From: Thermoplasmatota archaeon
GTDB lineage: Archaea; Thermoplasmatota; E2; JACPAO01; JAHFTW01
Direction: 5' to 3'
NCBI GenBank assembly: GCA_038046725.1
Contig: JBBSVQ010000011.1
Coordinates: 243-64,242, forward strand
DNA length: 64,000 nucleotides
Part shown: piece by piece, positions 60,752 through 64,000 of the stretch
How the letters are laid out: each line of letters starts with the position of its first letter
Numbering within the stretch: position 1 is the first letter of the stretch
Translations under genes and position numbers: made by a program
The notes under the pieces: model-generated
Database searches by the model: none
Told to the model about the DNA's origin: nothing
Seen by the model: only the letters and a program-made list of their open reading frames with translations

Positions 60752-60822
60752 CGCCTCGTGGACGCGCCGGCGAACGGAGGGCGGGGCAGCAAACAGTTCC
60801 TTGCTTGCTTGGTTCGTGAAGG

Positions 60823-61113
60823 TTACGCGGAACGCGTCCGACGCCCCCTCGGGGCGCTTTCATCGAGACTTGCCTTGAGTCGCTGCTTCACAGTCGCAGC
60901 GTCGACCCAAACGGTCTTCGGGTCGTTCAGCCGGGCATAGTGCTCGCGGATGTCGTCCTCCATCAGGTCCTCCAACGGGACCGCATCCATGAGACGATTG
61001 AGGACGTCATCGAATGTACTGTCTCCGCGCTTGTAGTCCGCTAGGCGCCGGCGCGTGGTTGGGTGCAAGGTAATGGTGGTCGGCTTGGGCACAATTGTTA
61101 CAATTGGAACCAT
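60823..61113 (-). CDS. Putative antitoxin (ribbon-helix-helix-like) paired with the RelE-like gene
   Basis: C-terminal part of ORF 60823..62757, from ATG 61113: MVPIVTIVPKPTTITLHPTTRRRLADYKRGDSTFDDVLNRLMD (small archaeal antitoxin pattern). Lower-GC patch. Confidence 0.5.
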   Translation of the reverse strand: MVPIVTIVPKPTTITLHPTTRRRLADYKRGDSTFDDVLNRLMDAVPLEDLMEDDIREHYARLNDPKTVWVDAATVKQRLKASLDESAPRGRRTRSA

Positions 61114-61209
61114 TGTAGAAAGCCTTTGGGCTGTGCGCGACCCGCTTCCATCGACCTTATACGTTGAAGGCGTAGCGAAGCTTCCCGGCACCGCCACCGG
61201 ACCCCGACC

Positions 61210-62775
61210 ATGCGCTTCGACGAGCTCCCCCTGGACCCGCAGACCATCACTGCCCTCGAGGCCATGGGCTTCGAAGAGGCCACCCCCGTCCAGGCCGACA
61301 CAATCCCCCTGCTCCTGCAGGGCAAGGATGTCATGGCGCAGGCGCAGACCGGCACCGGCAAGACGGCCGCGTTCGGCATCCCCCTCATCGAGGCCGCCCG
61401 CAAGGGACGCCGCGGCCTTGTGCTGTGCCCGACGCGCGAACTGGCCCAACAGGTGCAACGCGAACTGCAAGCCATCGGCAAGGGAAGCCCCGTCGACGTC
61501 ATCTGCCTCATCGGCGGCGCCCACTTCGGCGACCAGGTCCGCGCCCTCAAGCGCCACCCCGGCGCCGTCCTCGTTGCCACCCCCGGCCGCGTCGTCGACC
61601 ACCTCGGCCGCGGCACCCTGGACCTCAAGGGAATCGGAATCCTCGTCCTCGACGAGGCGGACGAGATGCTCTCCATGGGCTTCGAGGACGACCTCGACGC
61701 CATCGTGGCCGCGTTGCCCATGCCGCGCCAGACCATGCTCTTCACGGCCACCCTGGCCCCCGAGATCGAGAAGCTCGCCCGCACCGCGCTGCACGAGCCC
61801 GCCACCGTGCGCGCCGGCAACCGCGGCGCCGCGGCGTCCTCGGTGAAGCAGTTCTACGCCGTCGTCAAGCCCAACGAGCGCGCCGAGGCCATCCGCCGCA
61901 TCCTCGCCGTCGACCAGCCCAAGGTCGCCCTGCTCTTCTGCCGCACCCGCGCCCGCACCGAGAGCCTCGGCCTCGAGCTCAAGGCGCTCAGCCCCGAAGT
62001 TCTGCACGGCGGCATGGACCAACGCGTGCGTGACGCCGCCATGGTGCGCGTGCGCTCCGGCCGCACCAAGCTGCTCATCGCCACCGACGTGGCCGCGCGC
62101 GGCCTCGACGTCGAGGAGATCGAGCTCGTCATCCACGACGAACCCGCCACCGACGTCGACACCTACGTCCACCGCATGGGCCGGACCGGCCGCGCCGGCC
62201 GGTCCGGAAGGTCGATTCTCCTCCTGCCCCCAAGCGGCGAGCGCCGCCTGCGCATGGTCGAGCGCGTGGCCGGCCGCATGGACCACTACCAGGTCCCCGA
62301 CGACCAGGCCATGCTCGCCGCTCAGGCGCAGCGCGTCTTGGCCGAACTCGCCGCCATTGAGCCCGGTACCGCCGCCGAAGCCGTCCTGAAGGAAGCCGAA
62401 CGCGCCGGACAGGACGCCCGCAGCGTCGCCCTGCGCGCCATCACGCAGCTCATGGGAGCCGCCGCGGCCGTCGAAGCCGCCAAGGAACCCGAGCCGTCGG
62501 CGTCGTCCACCATTGCGTTGTCGCTCAAGGTCGGCTCCGTCGACGGACTGCGCCCAGGCGACGTCGTCGGCATGCTCGTGCACGAAGGCGGACTGCAGCC
62601 GCCCGACATCGGCCGCATCGACATCCTGCCGCAGATCACCATGGTCGAGGTCCCCGAGGCGGCCGCGACGCACCTCGTCGGAGCCATGCACCGCGCCGAG
62701 TTCCGCAGCCGCCGCGTCATGCCCCGCCTGGCGCCGGACTGGAACTTCAAGGCCCACCGCGGCCCGCCGCGCTAG
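61210..62775 (+). CDS. DEAD-box ATP-dependent RNA helicase with DbpA-type C-terminal RNA-binding domain
   Basis: ORF track. Q motif, AQTGTGKTAAF, PTRELA, VLDEADEMLSMGF, SAT-like TAT, HRMGRTGRAG, and the C-terminal DbpA-like LKVGSVDGLRPGDVVGML. Confidence 0.9.
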   Translation: MRFDELPLDPQTITALEAMGFEEATPVQADTIPLLLQGKDVMAQAQTGTGKTAAFGIPLIEAARKGRRGLVLCPTRELAQQVQRELQAIGKGSPVDVICLIGGAHFGDQVRALKRHPGAVLVATPGRVVDHLGRGTLDLKGIGILVLDEADEMLSMGFEDDLDAIVAALPMPRQTMLFTATLAPEIEKLARTALHEPATVRAGNRGAAASSVKQFYAVVKPNERAEAIRRILAVDQPKVALLFCRTRARTESLGLELKALSPEVLHGGMDQRVRDAAMVRVRSGRTKLLIATDVAARGLDVEEIELVIHDEPATDVDTYVHRMGRTGRAGRSGRSILLLPPSGERRLRMVERVAGRMDHYQVPDDQAMLAAQAQRVLAELAAIEPGTAAEAVLKEAERAGQDARSVALRAITQLMGAAAAVEAAKEPEPSASSTIALSLKVGSVDGLRPGDVVGMLVHEGGLQPPDIGRIDILPQITMVEVPEAAATHLVGAMHRAEFRSRRVMPRLAPDWNFKAHRGPPR

Positions 62776-62836
62776 GCCCCCACTGTCGACCCATGGGCGG
62801 CGAAATCACCCCGTGCGGAATCGCGGGGGATTGACC

Positions 62837-63002
62837 GCGCCCGCTCGGTGAGTCATGCAAGTTATCCCCCTTGTGACGCCGACGGCGACGGCTAGTTGAA
62901 CCAGGTGGATGGCGGCGCGGGGCGCCGTTGAACGTTCGCATTGTACGGCCAAATCGTCGTCGTCGGAGAGTGTTGTTCAGTCGCGAGGAGGAACGCGCGC
63001 GG
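62837..63002 (+). mobile_element. MITE-like repeat, family A (copy f)
   Basis: GCGCCCGCTCGGTGAGTC..., TTGTGACGCCGACGGCGACGGC, GGATGGCGGCGCGGGGCGCCGTTGAACG, ...GAGGAGGAACGCGCGCGG. Confidence 0.7.
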
Positions 63003-63037
63003 TCGCGTCGGTGAATCGTGGCTTCCCGTCCAAGGGC

Positions 63038-63553
63038 CTAGGGGGCTGTTGCGAGGGCAAGCAACTTCGCCTGGTGCGGCACCCAAGCAACCGCCGCGAA
63101 GTGCTTGAACGACCGCGTCGGCACCGCGTAATCGTGGCAGTTCCCCGGGTCCTTGCGGTTGACGAGGAGGTTCTGGCAGCCGGAGGGGCGCTTCGCGAAA
63201 CTCAGCGTGCAACCCGTGGGCCCAAGCAGGGTGCAGGCGCCGTTCGAGGTCGGGTCGAAGGGGCCGGCGGGGCTGTTGACGTTGCGCGGCCGCACGTAGT
63301 ACGCCCGTTGCAGCTTGTCCTCGGCCATGCATTTGGCGCAGGTGCCGTCGCAATCGACGTCGAGGCAGTTGCGCTCCGGCCGAGGGTCGCCGTCCCACCA
63401 GGCAAGCACGAGGCGTCCGGCCGCCAGGCCGGATGCGAGTTCCTCATCGCTGAGCTGGTCCGGCAAGTAGGCGCCGGGCAGGGTCTTGCAGCACTTGCCA
63501 GCGCAGGCCCGGCACGTGGCCAGGTCCTCGTTGTTGGCAATCGGCAAGCCCAT
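63038..63553 (-). CDS. YkgJ-family cysteine-cluster protein (CxxCxxCC)
   Basis: ORF 63038..63679. The start is set at MGLPIANNEDLATCRACAGKCCKTLPG (ATG 63553). The first 42 codons run through the H-family hairpin. Confidence 0.6.
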   Translation of the reverse strand: MGLPIANNEDLATCRACAGKCCKTLPGAYLPDQLSDEELASGLAAGRLVLAWWDGDPRPERNCLDVDCDGTCAKCMAEDKLQRAYYVRPRNVNSPAGPFDPTSNGACTLLGPTGCTLSFAKRPSGCQNLLVNRKDPGNCHDYAVPTRSFKHFAAVAWVPHQAKLLALATAP

Positions 63554-63630
63554 GGCTGGGCCGCAACTGGGGAACGGATGAGCCTTGCGGCGTGCACGAC
63601 CGATCCCCTGGCGGTGGTTTGGGGGGCAAT

Positions 63631-63706
63631 TCGCCGATGACGCCGAGTCCGCCGATGCGGTGCCGGCTATCGGCGTCATCGGCGCAATCAGCGGATTGGT
63701 CCCCCA
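63631..63706. repeat. H-family palindrome (copy 3 of 3), followed by a family-B-like terminus
   Basis: TCGCCGATGACGCCGAGTCCGCCGATGCGGTGCCGGCTATCGGCGTCATCGGCGC, then GCGGATTGGTCCCCCA (compare AATCCAAGGTCCCCCA). Confidence 0.85.
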
Positions 63707-63854
63707 AAGCCTTCACGGCCAAGCACCATGGCGAGGCATGCCGGAACAGCCCAAGCCGCGTTTCCGATCCGGCAAATTGACGGCACCCGCGAGGCGAAGG
63801 CCCGACAGGTGGCCGGCAAGTCAGCCTAAATCGGGGGCATCCCTGCCCGACCCC

Positions 63855-64000
63855 GTGGACCTCGCGGAGACACTGCAGACGAAGGACATTCCCGTCTGCA
63901 TCCTCAACCCGCCGGCGGGATTCGCCTTCGCGGGAGCCACGCACAAGGACCCGAAGACGGCCAAGGCGCTCATCGTGTTCCTCCGCGACGCCGACGAGCT
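63855..64000 (+). CDS. Start of an unidentified gene (runs off the right edge)
   Basis: My translation from GTG 63855 gives VDLAETLQTKDIPVCILNPPAGFAFAGATHKDPKTAKALIVFLRDADE. It is protein-like with high GC3. Both the start and the family are uncertain. Confidence 0.3.
   Translation, partial: MDLAETLQTKDIPVCILNPPAGFAFAGATHKDPKTAKALIVFLRDADE

Overview
High-GC (roughly two-thirds G+C by eye) chromosomal window from an aerobic archaeon. Information-processing genes are of the euryarchaeal type: PolD large subunit, Topo VI A/B, aIF5A, aIF2-alpha, Nop10, L40e, TFS, PAC2 and a JAMM protease. Bacterial-type repair and metabolic genes sit alongside them: UvrB, Fpg, a haem-copper oxidase CoxB/A/C, a PQQ sugar dehydrogenase, GdhA, an acyl-CoA carboxyltransferase, LeuRS, AspRS and a DEAD-box helicase. 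I can support about 60 protein-coding features. I found no rRNA, tRNA or CRISPR array. Most long ORFs in the six-frame track are alternate-frame or antisense artefacts of the GC bias (R/P/A/S-rich, overlapping recognisable genes). Several real small genes fall below the track cutoff, including L40e, which I found by hand. The unusual part is the non-coding space. Almost every larger spacer holds short palindromic or MITE-like repeats of at least four families, plus single-locus 'word palindromes' that share an architecture but not a sequence. Start codons typically lie 24-33 nt downstream of an A/T-rich hexamer, which suggests leaderless transcription. Other leads: a 78-bp AT-rich codon patch on the PolD catalytic motif; a degenerate thermosome paralogue; a CoxB fused to cupredoxin domains; a Fic gene divergent from top6B across a TTGCACA repeat array; two conserved genes (DUF4442, RelE) whose N-termini lack any start codon; a low-GC island beside an IS630 remnant; and lysine-rich tails on several nucleic-acid enzymes. 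I see no clear multi-gene novel system such as a defence island. All functional calls come from motif recognition by eye, with no database search, so family names are provisional.
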